Of a stretch of 58,377 nucleotides of DNA, positions 24,852-38,839 are shown in pieces. The position numbers were made by a program, and so were the translations under genes. Under the pieces are notes generated by a model. The model had not been told where the DNA came from. It worked only from the letters and a program-made list of their open reading frames with translations, and searched no databases. Within the stretch, counting starts at the first letter, position 1. Every line of letters begins with the position of its first letter. This stretch comes from Octopus bimaculoides (taxonomy: Eukaryota). The stretch is taken from the NCBI RefSeq assembly GCF_001194135.2, contig NC_068981.1, forward strand, positions 104,374,535-104,432,911, written 5' to 3'.

Positions 24852-24870
<19 letters not shown>
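24415..24870 (-). mobile_element. Two tandem Meta-domain SINEs separated by (AAT)n
   Basis: Two reverse-complement family B copies. Confidence 0.8.
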
Positions 24871-24895
<25 letters not shown>

Positions 24896-25685
24896 TAAAT
24901 TCTCCTATGTTCAGTGCAAAAGGAGTAGAAATTGTTAGAGGATTAATGTGGTTGAATAAATCAAAATTTAGTACATGACTAGTATGTATGGTTGTTATGT
25001 GTAATACATATCAACTGCTTTGTCTGGAGGGACAAACATGTAAGTCCAACTGAAACACAATTTAAATCAAAACAATAAGATGACAAAGCCACATACTTCA
25101 GTGACTAAGCTAGTCCTCTAATGCATCAATTCTTGATTAAAGATTTTTATTTTGTGTGGTGATAAGTCTTATCCTTTGGTGCTTCTACCTGCATGAGTTC
25201 TTGATTTAAGACTTTTAACCACACTGGACAGCAGTTTAGTATTCTTTAGAACTTTAACTGAGATTAATCTCTGTCAGGATTATTATTGTAGCTATTTCTA
25301 AACCCAGGCAACCCAAATCAGATAATCTCATAGCCATCCCAGGTATTCAGACAGGGTGTGTCTAGATGTATGGTTATCAATGAATTCTTCCTTTTTTTAA
25401 TAGACAGTAGTGTTGTTACATAGATATTTTGACTGCTATTTCTAGCAGGTCTAACGACCATATAGAGACTTAACATGTTGGCTCATCCTCATTGTCATCA
25501 TTGTTGCTGTTGTCAGCTCCAAATAAACAGATTTATGATGAAGGAACTTTCTAACCATAACCATCTTGTCTGTCTTAACATAAACCCTGATTAAGCAGGC
25601 CTATTATTAAAGACATTTTACCCATGACCATCCTGTCTGCTTTTTTTAGCCCCAGTAAAGCTTGAGCTTAAACAAGTTCAATATT

Positions 25686-26270
25686 TCAGATATCTTTGGG
25701 TGACCAAGGTTCCAAGCCTGAAGTGATATCCCACGTTGTCAAAACAACAGCAGCAATGACCAAATTCAGAACACTGTGGAAAGACAGAAATATCTCACTG
25801 AGCTCCAAAATTAAGCTAATGAGATCGTTAGTGACCTCAATATTCCTGTACACCTGTGAGACATGGTCACTGACAGCAGAAGTCAAAAGAAGAATCCAGG
25901 CTACAGAGATGAAATGTTTCAGAATTTGGGGAATATCACACAGAGATCATGTCCCATATGAGGAAAGGAAGATTAAGGCAGGCAATATGGCCCTATGTGG
26001 AACGTTTTACCAAAGTAAAGAAACACAGGTTCAGGTGGTTTGGGCATGTCATCCACTCATCAGGGATGGTTAAAACAATCCTTCAGGGAACAGTTAAAGG
26101 TGACAGATGCAGAGGCAGACTGAGAAAGAGGTGGGAAGACAACATCTGTGAGTAGACAGGCCTGAAAATGAGGGACACTGTGCAGGGGCCAGAAGACAGA
26201 GATGGGTGGAAGGATCTGGTTGAATAGTCATCAGTGGTGCCTCAATGGTCAGCTAGACTAAGAGATATGT
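25686..26270 (+). mobile_element. RTE/BovB-like LINE, 5'-truncated 3' end
   Basis: LWKDRNISLSSKIKLMRSLVTSIFLYTCETWSL...RWFGHV...ILQGTVKG.RCRGRLRKRWEDNI, with frameshifts. Confidence 0.92.
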
Positions 26271-26810
26271 AATCTAAAAACCTAGATTGTGAGCAGGCCT
26301 ATAATAAAAGGTACTCCACTTATGATCAGTATCTGGAAATTACATTGTCCTATGTGTCCTTCCCTATTTTTATCATGGTAGAGTGTGATTTGAGGGTATT
26401 TGACTGCTATTTCTAACATGTTTTGTGTCAGTATAGGGCCGACTTCATTGGCTTATGTTGTTGGTGGTGGTCACAATGGCTGTGGCACATTCTAATATCA
26501 CTTGGTTAGCTCAACAGCTTGTGCAGTCAACCAGATTTCTCGAAAAATGTTACATATTTTATTTTCTATCACAGTTGGAAGTCATTCATAATCTAAATCA
26601 TTTCTTTGGGGAGTAATTTTTAAGTGAGACAGAGAGAAGAGGGAGAGAGAGAGATAACACAGGAGAAAGTGTGTATGTGTGGGCGTAGGTGTGTGTATGA
26701 CTGGAGGGAAAGTAAGAGAGAATTACTATTTGAATGAAAGAGAATGTGTTTATATTAAATGAGGGTAAGAGGTAATGTGTGATGGGAATAGAAAGCATGT
26801 TTATGTACAT

Positions 26811-26841
<31 letters not shown>

Positions 26842-27136
26842 GGAGAGGGTGAGATAAGAGAATGGTATAAGAAGTGCAATGACAAAATCATACAGAAACA
26901 AAACTATGAAAGGCAATAAAATCAGAAACTGTTTAAATTGGGAATATGTTTATGTGTTAGACTGCAACCATGCTGGGGCACCAGCTTGAACAAATTTTAG
27001 CCATATGAATCAATCTCAGTACTTACTTTTGAAAGCCTGGTACTTATTCTGTTACTTTCTTTTGCCACGCCGCTAAGTTAGGGAGACATAAACACACCAA
27101 AACCGGTTGTCAAGTAATGGTGGGAGACAAACAAAG

Positions 27137-27174
<38 letters not shown>

Positions 27175-27675
27175 TGATATATTAAAGTTTATTAGTCAGA
27201 GGAAAACAGATGTTAAATGGTGGTGGCGGTGGCAATGGAGAAGCAGGTGTGAGATGTGTATTACCTATGGCTGTTACATCTCTCCAAGTCTGGGGACATT
27301 GATGTGGTTAATGTTCAGTTTGAACTTCTGTAGATTGATGGATATCGGGGAAAATGGCAGAGGAGAGAATTCATGAAGGTTGCTGCTCTGGAGAGAAATA
27401 ACTGGGAAAGTGTTTAATATTGTGTGGATGGAAGGTGAAACATGGTAAAGAAGAGATGTATTAAGAGCACCCAAGTGGAGGAGATTTATTACAGCAGCAG
27501 TAGCAGCAGCAGTAGTAGTAGTAGTAGTAGTAGATGAAAAGGCAGGGAAAGAAGAAATAACGGAAACACTCTCTTCAAGAAATTTGTGATTGAAACCTGT
27601 TAGTGAATGAATCTCTTCCAATTAAATGAATGGGGTACTTTCTGGAAACTGGCAGTCAAGGACATTTGCTTGTGC

Positions 27676-27745
<70 letters not shown>

Positions 27746-27989
27746 AACTACAGACCAATCCCAGATAAGTGAGCAGTATTTTAAAGGGGATTATATTTTA
27801 TCAGAGGTTCTCAATCTTTTTTGACTTCATGGTACAATTGAGGCTGAATAAAGAAATTATTGGCACACTTTATGTGGAAAGTTGAAGAAAATTGTGTTTT
27901 AAAAGGAGAGTATGAGAAAAATATAGAGAAAACTATTGCTTGTCAAGCAGTATCACACTTGGTACATGAGCATTATACAATTTTTCCTT

Positions 27990-28160
27990 CACTTTGAGAG
28001 AGAAAAACTTTTTGATATTCACAGAGGTAATGGCTCCCTGAACTCTTTCTAACATATTCTTACTCTGGCTGCTATGCTTAAAGAGCACCTAGCTCCACTG
28101 TTACTTGGGTTACCGAGGCAACAAATGCTATCAGCTTTTCCACAAGAACTTTCCTGAACA
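27990..28160 (-). mobile_element. RTE reverse-transcriptase fragment
   Basis: KADSICCLGNPSNSGARCSLSIAARVRIC.KEFRE resembles VVDSFCYLGD..SSGGGCSESIAARVRIGWKKFRE. Confidence 0.65.
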
Positions 28161-28209
28161 TTTAAAGGAATTTATTTCTTAGTATTCTTCTGGTTAACTA
28201 CTCATGTAT

Positions 28210-28690
28210 ATCATCATCATCATTTAATGTGTTTTCCATGCTAGCATGAGTTAGACAGTTTGACTGGAGATAATAAGCTGGAGTACCGCACCAGGCTCCA
28301 GTCTGTTTTGGGTTTTTTTTTACAGCTGGATGCCCTTCCTAATGCCAACCACTCCACACAGTGTAGTCGGTGTCTTTTACATGTCACCGGCACAGGTGCT
28401 TTTTCCATGTCACTAGCATAGGTGCCTCTTATGTGTCACTGACATGGGTGCCTTTTATGTGTCACTAGTACTGGCCACAACTATGATTTCACTTAGCTTG
28501 ACATGTCTTCTCAAGCGCAGCAAATCGCCTGAAGTCTCAGTCATTTGTCCTCAATACCATGAGATTCAACACTTGGAGGTCACATTTCAACACCTCATAT
28601 CACGTCTTCCTGGGTTTACCTCTTCCACAGGTTCCTTCCATAATTAGAGATCATCACTTTATGCAGCTGTCTTCAGCATATGAAGATCCC
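28210..28690 (-). mobile_element. RTE LINE 3' end with complete 3'UTR and (GAT)n tail
   Basis: ORF end (GTCGRGKPRKT...) runs contiguously into the 'aggaagggcatccagctgta...catgctagcatggaaaa...(gat)n' repeat. Confidence 0.85.
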
Positions 28691-30141
28691 ATTTGCTCCT
28701 TTTCTACATACTGATCATGGTGATTTTCCTGGTGCTAAGCAGGGCTCTGTCTTTTTACCTATAGGCACATCCCCTACATCCCCCTTGCAGGCTTGTGGGT
28801 GCTAGTGCCACATAAAAAGCACACATGCCAGTGCTATGTAAAACACACCTATGTCGGTGCCACAAAGCACCCTGTGCACCCTGTAAAGTGGTTAGCATTA
28901 GGAAAGGCATCAGCAGCTCTTCAGCTTACCAGATCCTGTCAAACTGTTCAACCCTTGCTAGCATGGAAAACATACATTAGTGATGATGGTGATGATAATG
29001 ATGAAGATTTTGAAGTATCACAATTCTAAGTTTTGCTTCCCTGTCAGAAATTCTTTTCTAAACCCTTAACATTTTCATCTGTAAGAACTCGATCATCAGG
29101 TGTGTGTGAGTTCCCATAAACAGACCACCAGACTTAACTCCAGAAGAGAAGGCCTGGAGGATTATAACAAATAGAAGGAGGTTGAAAAATAAGTCTAGTT
29201 AGTTATTAGTTTGGAGAAGTTCTATGATGAAAAATAAATATTCCTATTGGAGAAGATACAGGTCTATTCACATCTAGCTTTTCTCACATCAGTAACATCA
29301 AATGATATGCCACTAAGGTACGGACAAGGATTCAGTTACTAACAATAGACTCAACACTATAGAAAAAATACTAAAAGTAGTAAAAGCTAGAGTTTTAGAC
29401 TTATGAGAATAGTGAAAGGATGCCTGATATTTTCACAGCTAGGAACTTGAAATAGCTCAGCATCTCACCTGTTCTTCATCTTTCTCTTGGATCTTAATGA
29501 AGCTATGTTTTTCCCTCTGTGATAAAAAATATATAAATAAGAAGATGAATTAATCTCCTTAGTCTTTCCCTGAATGCAAATGTAAATTACAAGAATATAG
29601 ATTGAGCTGGCTACATCTATATCAATATATGAGTGTATGCATGTGTGTGTCTGTGTGTGAATTGTTATGGATGAGTTTGTGCATGCATATGCATATGTTT
29701 GCTCATGTTAGCATGTGTATGTGTGTTTATGTATGAGTTTGTGTATGCATATGCATGTCTGAAAATGTTAGAATATGTGTGTGTAATTATGTATATATGT
29801 GTCTGTGTGCAGTTATGGATGAGTGTTTGCCTGTGTTAGCATGTGTGCACGTGGTTGTGTATGTGTATGCATGGTGGAATGTATGTGTTTGTCAGACAGG
29901 TAGAGGAGACAGATGGAAGAAAAGAGAAAGAAGTCAAGAGGTCCTGATCATACACTTGCGAAGAGTATTTTTTTTTTTTTTTTCTCAGTTGTTTCTTTTT
30001 CTTCACATTATCCATGCTGAATATTCTGTGGAAAACGTCCCTAAGTTACTTAGCATTATTTCAAAGAATGGATTTCTTTGATCTGTCCATAATATTTCCC
30101 CCTCACCTTTCCTTGTTTTCACTTCTGCATTATTCTCTCTT

Positions 30142-30228
<87 letters not shown>

Positions 30229-30418
30229 CACACACACACTGGGAGGGACAACACTTTTTTTTCTTTTAGACTACATCTCCTGAACATTTCTGCTTCTTTT
30301 TGTTTCTTTGTGTTCTACACATACCACACAGAAGAATTAAAGATACATTAGACAGAAGAAGAAAAAAATGAAAAACCATTTCATAAGTAAATATGTAAAT
30401 AAATAAATATATTTGTCT

Positions 30419-30458
<40 letters not shown>

Positions 30459-30805
30459 CGACAGTAACAAATATATTAACCAAAACTAAAAGGGAAAAAG
30501 TAAGCTCTAATTTCCTACACCTTTGAACTAGAATTTTCTGGAAGTATTAGCAAATATTCTTATTTCTAAAATTAGTTAGCTGAAGTTGGCAGACATTTCT
30601 CTATAGATCAGTGTGTGTGTGTATGTGCATGCGTGTGTGAAAGAGAGAGAGAGAGAGAGAAAAGACAGAGAGATTGAGTGGGGTGATGTTTGAGTGAAGC
30701 TACAATAAACTTTCTGTTTACAAACTCACCATTATTCCCAGTAGGAACACAAATACATGCACACTGTCATGCACATATCGGATATATGTGTATACGTGAG
30801 TGTAA

Positions 30806-30851
<46 letters not shown>

Positions 30852-31339
30852 GTATATTTACATATATGTCTGTGTACATGTATACCCACATAATATACAC
30901 TCATCATATATAAATGTATATATAGATGCATGCATGCAAACATACATACATGAAATTGTTCTTTCGTTTCTGTTTAGGTCACAATATTTTTGTTTAGTCT
31001 CACACACCTATCAGATAGATAGGCAGATAGATATACACACATATATACATTTTATGTGTATGGATGTATATGCATGCACACACATACACATGCGCATGCA
31101 CTCACACACACACATACACAAAATTGACTTCTTTTCCTTTTCTATCTTGGTAACAATAGTTTCTTTTACTCAGGGCGTGTGATTCATGCACAGAAATACA
31201 TGAAAAGACTACAAGGATAAATTAATTTACTTCCAATAAATTCTTACTACTTTTCTTTTTTTTTTTTTTCTTTTCACCTACAGATCCTGATTTAATTCAC
31301 TTCAATGTCTTCTTAATACATGAAAGGATCATCATTTTA

Positions 31340-32760
31340 GAAACACTTAGACACCACAGAGCTTGACTTTGCTTTTCATCCTTTCAAAGTTGATAAAATA
31401 AAGTGTAGTTGATGTAAGTGACTGTTCCCTCCCACCAAGATGTGTAGCTTGTGCTTCTGTTAGAAATCATTATAAGGCTGTTGGGTTGGCACAATCAATA
31501 AAGATGCAGACAAAATTCCCTTGGGGTATTTAGTTACCTACATCCTTCCATCTGAGTTCAAATGCCACTGATGTCAACTGTGACATTTATCCTTTCATTC
31601 TCTATAAAATAAAGTAGCTGTCAAGTACTTGGACCGATCTAATCAACAATACCTATCCTTCAAATTTGAGGCTTTGTGCCTCCAATTAAAAATCAATATT
31701 TTACTCTTAGATAAGGCATCGAGCTGGCAGAATCTTTAGTACGCTAGGCAAAATGCTTAGCGGCATTTCATCCATCTTTACATTTTTAGTTCAAATTCCA
31801 CCGAGGTTGACTTTGCCTTTCATTCTTTGAGGTTGATAGAATAAGTACCAATTGAACATTGGGATCAATGTAATTGGTTTTCCTCTCCCCTCAAAATTGC
31901 TGGCCTTAGAAATTTATATTTTACTCTTAGGTAATGCATCAAGATGGCAGAATCATTAGCATGTCGAGCAAAATGCTTAGCAGCATTTCGTCTCTCTTTA
32001 CATTCTGAGTTCAAATTCTACCGAGGTTGACTTTGCCTTTCATCCTTTCAGGGTTGTTAGAATAAGTACCAGTTGAACACTGGGATCAATGTAATTGGTT
32101 TGTTCTCTCCACTGAAATTGCTGACCTTGTGCCAATATTTGAAATCATTATTTTACTCTTAGGTTTAGGGATGTGGCAGAAATGGCAGAGTGTTTTCTTT
32201 CAGTACAATGCTTTTATTTATTTATTCACACTCTGTGTTCAAATCTCCCTTAGGTTAACTTTGTCTTTCATTCTCCAAAGGCTGATAAAAACATACTAAT
32301 CACATACTGGTGTAAAACTAATAATTTTTTTCACCCCACAAATTTGTAGCCCTCTACCTATGTTGCAAATTCTTATTATCATTAGAATACTGAATTGATG
32401 GCAAAAATCCCTTTCAGTATATGATCTTTACATCCTTAAACATTCTGAGTTCGAATCCGGCTGAGGTCACCTTGGCCTTTCATCTGTCTAGGGTTCATAA
32501 AATAATTATTAATTATATATCGGAGTTTATTTAATCAATTTTTCCTACTCATAAATTTGAAGTATTTTGCCTATGTTTTGAGATCTTTATTACTGCTGCT
32601 AATTAATTAGTTATTTGAGCAGTTGATTGGCAGAATTAGTAAAGCATCAGACCAAATCCAGTTTGTTATCCAGTTAGATCTCTTTATTGTTTGTATTTAA
32701 ATTCTGTCAGAGACTACTTTGCTTTCAAATCTTTTTAAATAAGAACCAGTCAAGTACTAA
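31340..32760 (+). repeat. Head-to-tail array of about 7 Meta-domain SINE units (~220-235 bp)
   Basis: Units start near 31476, 31712, 31931, 32162, 32395 and 32620. Three junctions share attttactcttag. Confidence 0.8.
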
Positions 32761-33639
32761 GTACCAGTCAAGGAGGCCGTCAAAATCATTTGTGGATTGA
32801 TGACATCAAAGAACAGACTGCCTTTCTGTATTTATGCAGCACAACACAGAGGGAAGTGGAGAGTTTTGGCAAGCTGACCCCCTGGATACAAGGAGGGCAC
32901 TTGGCTGGTGGCTGAACATCAGTAGTAATTAATGTCATCTTATACAAATATAAAATATGATAACGAATAACAACAGTAAGATTAAATAGCTGCAGCAATA
33001 ATGGCACCAATAACCTAAATACACTAGTAAGAAGAAAAGTCTATGGCATGCTACAGATGTAGTTATGTTGAGTAATTGGTAAGCTTAGATTGATCACTTG
33101 ATGCAATTTTAAATATCATATCACAAATATAAAATGAAAATATCTTTCAGTTTGAAGTACGTTTCTGAGTGACACCATCACCAATTATATTACATTGTAG
33201 CCTAGTGTATTTGTACATACATGCATGAACATTACACATAAACTGTGTGATTGCATATATAACATATTTTCTTCTTTATAAATATATCGTTGATATTCCT
33301 AATACATGTATGTGTGTGCATGTGTACAGATATATATGTACGTATGTAGGCACAGGTGTGGTTGTGTGGTAAGAAGCTTGCTTCCCAACCACATGGTCCC
33401 AGGTTTAGCCCCACTGTGTGGCAACTTGGTCAAGTGTCTTCTACTCTAGCCTCAGGCCAACCAAAACCTTTTTAGTGGATTTGGTAGACAGCAACTGTAA
33501 GAAACCTGTCATGTATATCATCGTTTAATGTCCGCTTTCCATGCTGGCATGGGTTGGGTGGTTTGACTGAGGACTGGTGAGCCAGAAGACTGCACCAGGC
33601 TCAATCTGATCTGGCAAGTTTATATATATATATATATAT

Positions 33640-34468
33640 NNNNNNNNNNNNNNNNNNNNNNNNNNNNNNNNNNNNNNNNNNNNNNNNNNNNNNNNNNNNN
33701 NNNNNNNNNNNNNNNNNNNNNNNNNNNNNNNNNNNNNNNNNNNNNNNNNNNNNNNNNNNNNNNNNNNNNNNNNNNNNNNNNNNNNNNNNNNNNNNNNNNN
33801 NNNNNNNNNNNNNNNNNNNNNNNNNNNNNNNNNNNNNNNNNNNNNNNNNNNNNNNNNNNNNNNNNNNNNNNNNNNNNNNNNNNNNNNNNNNNNNNNNNNN
33901 NNNNNNNNNNNNNNNNNNNNNNNNNNNNNNNNNNNNNNNNNNNNNNNNNNNNNNNNNNNNNNNNNNNNNNNNNNNNNNNNNNNNNNNNNNNNNNNNNNNN
34001 NNNNNNNNNNNNNNNNNNNNNNNNNNNNNNNNNNNNNNNNNNNNNNNNNNNNNNNNNNNNNNNNNNNNNNNNNNNNNNNNNNNNNNNNNNNNNNNNNNNN
34101 NNNNNNNNNNNNNNNNNNNNNNNNNNNNNNNNNNNNNNNNNNNNNNNNNNNNNNNNNNNNNNNNNNNNNNNNNNNNNNNNNNNNNNNNNNNNNNNNNNNN
34201 NNNNNNNNNNNNNNNNNNNNNNNNNNNNNNNNNNNNNNNNNNNNNNNNNNNNNNNNNNNNNNNNNNNNNNNNNNNNNNNNNNNNNNNNNNNNNNNNNNNN
34301 NNNNNNNNNNNNNNNNNNNNNNNNNNNNNNNNNNNNNNNNNNNNNNNNNNNNNNNNNNNNNNNNNNNNNNNNNNNNNNNNNNNNNNNNNNNNNNNNNNNN
34401 NNNNNNNNNNNNNNNNNNNNNNNNNNNNNNNNNNNNNNNNNNNNNNNNNNNNNNNNNNNNNNNNNNNN
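33640..34468. other. Assembly gap (others at 2742-2784, 19539-19944, 22112-22137)
   Basis: Runs of N. Confidence 0.99.
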
Positions 34469-34989
34469 ATATATATATATATATATATATATAGTGAGAG
34501 AGAGAGAAAGAAAGAGAGAGAGAGTATTATTTGATCAGTAAGTTCAAATAAAGCAATTCCTGAATGTCTTATATATACATGTTTCTTTCTCTGATGTTTT
34601 TCTTTTCTTTTTTACCCAACTTCTAACTAATTGTTTGCACTTCAGAAAACTATTTCAAACGATTCTAGAAGACTTTTTGTGTGTGTGAAGGTGTATTGCA
34701 TGAAGAGGTGGGGTTAAAAGCATTTTTGTACACTTTTTAACCTTTCACAATCTATATTGTTTCTATGTTATACTATTTCTTTTTTTATATTTTGTACTGC
34801 TAAATAAGAAAAATAATAATGAGTTTATAATCTCTAAAGAATGAAGTTAAAATCAAAAGAAATCTTACTTCTTGTTCATACTTTTAAGATATTTCAACAA
34901 TCCAGAAAATATTCTGATACACTTTGTTAACATGAAGTTATTAGATGTTAGCTTTTTTTATTATTATTTGTTAATTCTTAAATGTTTTC

Positions 34990-35790
34990 TTTTTGCTGCT
35001 TTTGTGGATTCCCATGACTCTGTCACCATCCAATTCCATTATTATGTTTTTGAATTTGGAGCTTGAGTCATAGTGAATCTGTTATAAACTGATTATACAA
35101 CCATGGACACCAACTCTTATGGATGTGTTACAGTTACTCCAGTGGAAGCGCAATGGCCCAGTGGTTAGGGCAGTGGACACATGGTCATAGGATCGCGGTT
35201 TCGATTCCCAGACCGGGCATTGTGAGAGTTTATTGAGCAAAAACACCTAAAGCTCCACGAGGCTCCGCAGGGGATGGTAGCAAACCCTGCTGTACTCTTC
35301 CACCACTTTCTCTCGCTCTTACTTCCTGTTTCTGTTGTGCCTGTAATTCAAAGGGTCAGCCTTGTCACACTGTGTCACGCTGAATATCCCCGAGAACTAC
35401 GTTAAGGGTACACATGTCTGTGGAGTGCTCAGCCACTTGCATGTTAATTTCACGAGCAGGCTGTTCCGTTGATCGGATCAACTGGAACCCTCGACGTCGT
35501 AAGCGACGGAGTGCCAACAACAACAACAACAAATACTTACTCCCTTGATAGAGCTTCGATCTTCCATCAGTCTTCTGACCATTGATCTTCTAGGATTCCT
35601 CTATTCAGCATCAATGTAAGAAGCACTGTTGAGCTATTCTGCTACTTCTTCATAATCTGCGATGCTGCAGCCCCATGACTTCACCATATCCCTGGCAGGA
35701 TAGCTAAACAGGTGCAATACCTTGTCAAAGAGCAACCCGTAGCTATGCATGACATGGTCATCACTCTGTGAGGTATTTCCAAAATACCTC
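34990..35790. repeat. Unclassified interspersed repeat (copy 2), interrupted by a family D SINE
   Basis: Colinear with 3790-4175. Confidence 0.8.
35141..35536 (+). mobile_element. Young tRNA-derived SINE (family D), inserted in an older repeat
   Basis: Same family. TSD ttactcc at 35134-35140 and 35537-35543. Confidence 0.93.
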
Positions 35791-35978
35791 TTTACTCTTT
35801 CTCTTTTACTCTTTTACTTGTTTTAGTCATTTGACTGTGGCCATGCTGGAGCACCGCCTAGTACTTATTCTATCGGTCTCTTTTGCCGAATCACTAAGTT
35901 ACGGGGACGTAAACACACCAGCATCAGTTGTCAAGCGATGTTGGGGGGACAAACACAGACACACAAACATATACACAG

Positions 35979-36021
<43 letters not shown>

Positions 36022-36186
36022 TACAACAGGCTTCTTTCAGTTTCCGTCTACCAAATCCACTCACAAGGCTTTGGTCAGCCCGAGGCTATAGTAGAAGACA
36101 CTTGCCCAAGGTGCCACACAGTGGGACTGAACCCAGAACCATGTGGTTGGTAAGCAAGCCACTTATCACACAGCCACTCCTACACC
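35787..36186 (-). mobile_element. SINE family A, well-preserved copy
   Basis: Reverse complement of family A with CpGs retained and internal (TA)n. Confidence 0.9.
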
Positions 36187-36529
36187 TGTTAATTTTTGAT
36201 ATTCAGGATATATGTAGAATAGGTATACCATGTACCTGCATGTCATATAAGGTGACCAAAAGGTTTGGCAACCACAGGGTCACCTCTCCAAGAAACACTA
36301 TCTCAGAAGGCCCATCCAACCCATGCCTGAATGAAGGGATGTGAAATTATTTTGGTGGGGTGGTGGTGGTGATGATGATGGTGTTGAAGATGGCAGTGAT
36401 TATGATGATGATAATAATGATGATGGCAGTTTTCATGATGATGGTGATGATAATGACAGTGTTGCTACTGCTTTGCCAGCTAAAAGGTTCTATTAATATC
36501 CTATCACTGATGTTTCTGTGTGTCTCTGA

Positions 36530-36880
36530 TCTTTTATCTTTTACTTGTTCTTTGGTCAATGGACTGCAGCCATGCTGGAGCACTGCCTTGGAGTTGTTTT
36601 AGATGAGCAAATCAACCCCAATACTTACTTTTAATGTCTGATACTTATTCGATTGGTCTATTTTGCTGTACTGCTAACTTACAGGGACACAAACAAACCA
36701 ACACTGGCTTTCAAACAGTGGAGTGAGAACAAACACTTTCACACGCACACATAGCCAGTTTCTACTATTAGCTTTAATCAGGCCAGGTCTATACTAGAAG
36801 ATACTTGCCCAATGCGTTCTGCAGTAGGACTGAACCCAAAACCATGTGGTTGAGAAGCAGACTTCTTAACACACAGCCAA
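36530..36880 (-). mobile_element. SINE family A, older copy
   Basis: Degenerate reverse complement of family A. Confidence 0.8.
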
Positions 36881-36929
36881 GACAATAAATAGATAAATAA
36901 ATAAATAAAAGCACTTGACTGTCACTTAA

Positions 36930-37185
36930 TTAAGTTCCAAAATTTAAACAGTAACACAACAAAGGAACAAATAGAAAATTCGCACAGGAGATTAGACATC
37001 GCTAATTCCTCGTCAGCTGTCATCCTAAAGATTCTTACAATTTCACATCCATAATGTTATCATTAAAGGTGTGAAATTGTAAGGCTCTTTTGGACCATAA
37101 CTGATGAGGAATTAGCAACACCTTGTCGTGTGTGAATTTCCCATTTGTTCCTTTGTTGTGTTACTGTTTAAATTTGGAGATTTAT
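36930..37185. repeat. ~255-bp near-perfect palindrome (MITE-like)
   Basis: Arms ccaaa(a)tttaaacagtaacacaacaaaggaacaaat...gctaattcctc...cttacaatttcaca, with a loop of about 17 nt at 37051-37067. Confidence 0.8.
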
Positions 37186-37309
37186 TATTTAATATAATGC
37201 TATGCCTCCATCTTATTTTTAACCGTCACTTAGTTTACTTAGGTGTAAATAGACAATATAGGGAATTACAAGCTTACCACTTGCCATTGACAGCTATAGA
37301 GAACTTCCA

Positions 37310-37480
37310 TGTGAACTGTTAGTCTGGTAGAAATAGCTCCAAATCTTCCTCGAATCACATCTTACTATCTTAAAAAAGGAAGAACATGTTGGATAATATA
37401 GATCTACATGATACACTGCCTGAAAATAAGATGGAGGGAATATTTTTGGTTATAAGTCTGTTTCATTAGATATCTTTCAA
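37310..37480. repeat. Unclassified interspersed repeat with ctgctagaaatagcagccaaa core; related copies ~11860-11990, 25290-25660, 26290-26460, 39750-39910, 49600-49760
   Basis: Shared core and downstream cttaaaaaag...tagatac motifs. Confidence 0.6.
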
Positions 37481-38839
37481 CCAGTTAATCCCATGAAATC
37501 TGAGACAAACCTTAGTATTTTGCTGCTTACTATACAGCAAGCCATGCAACAGGACAGATACAAGTACCACATGGAATTCCTGTGGTGGATCATTGAAACA
37601 TCTTGCTAAAATTGGATTCTGTCAATAGCACCAAACTCTTTCAACAAGGGCCTATTAGATATGGATTGTGTAGGTACATCAGCTTGCAGCCTGGGGAACT
37701 TAGAAGAAGCCTGTTAACATCTGATGGACCTTTCCCTCCTTAGGACCTAAAAGCTGTCTTGGTCTGATTTGCAAAATTTCACACAGGGTCACTACCTCCA
37801 ATACTCTTGATAAACTTACTTTTTGCTGATGGAATCACAAGAAAAATTAAGGCAGGGTAGACCCATATCTTTTTTAAATATTCAATTATATGTTTTACAT
37901 ATCTTTCAAATTATCCAAAAATACTATTTAGGGAATTATCATTAGTGAATTAAGTAATTTACAATGCATTTAATGCATACACTGTGCAAATTAGACTGCT
38001 CAGTTTAGGTATATCTGAGTTTATAGCCACTGTAAATATCTATAAGCTGCTAATCTCTGTGTGGACAGCAGATGGATATTCTGTCATTAATGAACATCTT
38101 ACAAGACAATGTAAGATGCGTGTGCGTGTTTGTACGCTGCATGCAGGCACATATGCGCACATACACACACACACACACTTTACATTACATTTCAAAATAA
38201 TTGTCTGAGGGGAATTGCACAAAAAATGTTTAAATATTTGGATATAAACATTAAAAGTGTAGCAACGTAAATATAACAAATAATGTTCTCTAAAACTGAG
38301 GTGAATAGTTCAGAAAATTATTACATTATTCATGATGATCAAAATGTAGAAAATTTTAATACCAGACTTCAGTAATGTTGTTGCTGCTGTCATCATTTTC
38401 TGTTTTTGTAGGAGGGAGATTGTTATTTTTATCATGTTGCAGGAAGATCAATCTCTTAGTGAACCTACCACTTCTCAGAATGACCAAAGAAACATATTAA
38501 CCCATTACCTACCAGTGATCTCATATGAGATCACTTAAAAATTACAAATTTCGTAATTATCTGTCAATATTTACACATATCTAACCTTTTTGCTATATCT
38601 ACTAGGTATATTCAAATGAGGTTTGCTAATTTTTCACCCAATATCTCGCTTATTTCTATTTAAAATGTTATTTTGATCATTCCAGTGTGTTTCTAAGGCT
38701 GTTTTATGCTAGAAATCAAAGTTTCATAAAAAAAATGCCAGTTAATAGAATTATGGGAGGTAATGGATTAACTCAACACTACAAACTGTCTTGACAAATT
38801 GGTAAAATCTTAACAAAATTTGATAATTAGTCATTTCAG

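Noticed and set aside
28058-28147. Apparent 90-nt minus-strand exon (ESSCGKADSICCLG...)
   Set aside because: The peptide is a degenerate RTE reverse-transcriptase motif.
31340-32760. CRISPR-like periodicity
   Set aside because: The units are whole SINE monomers with no unique spacers or cas genes, in a eukaryotic context.
37095-37140. CTGATGA as a possible hammerhead core
   Set aside because: No stem II or GAAA follows; it is simply part of the palindrome arm.
38453-38540. Acceptor followed by EDQSLSEPTTSQNDQRNIL...
   Set aside because: No convincing donor and no TMEM135 similarity.
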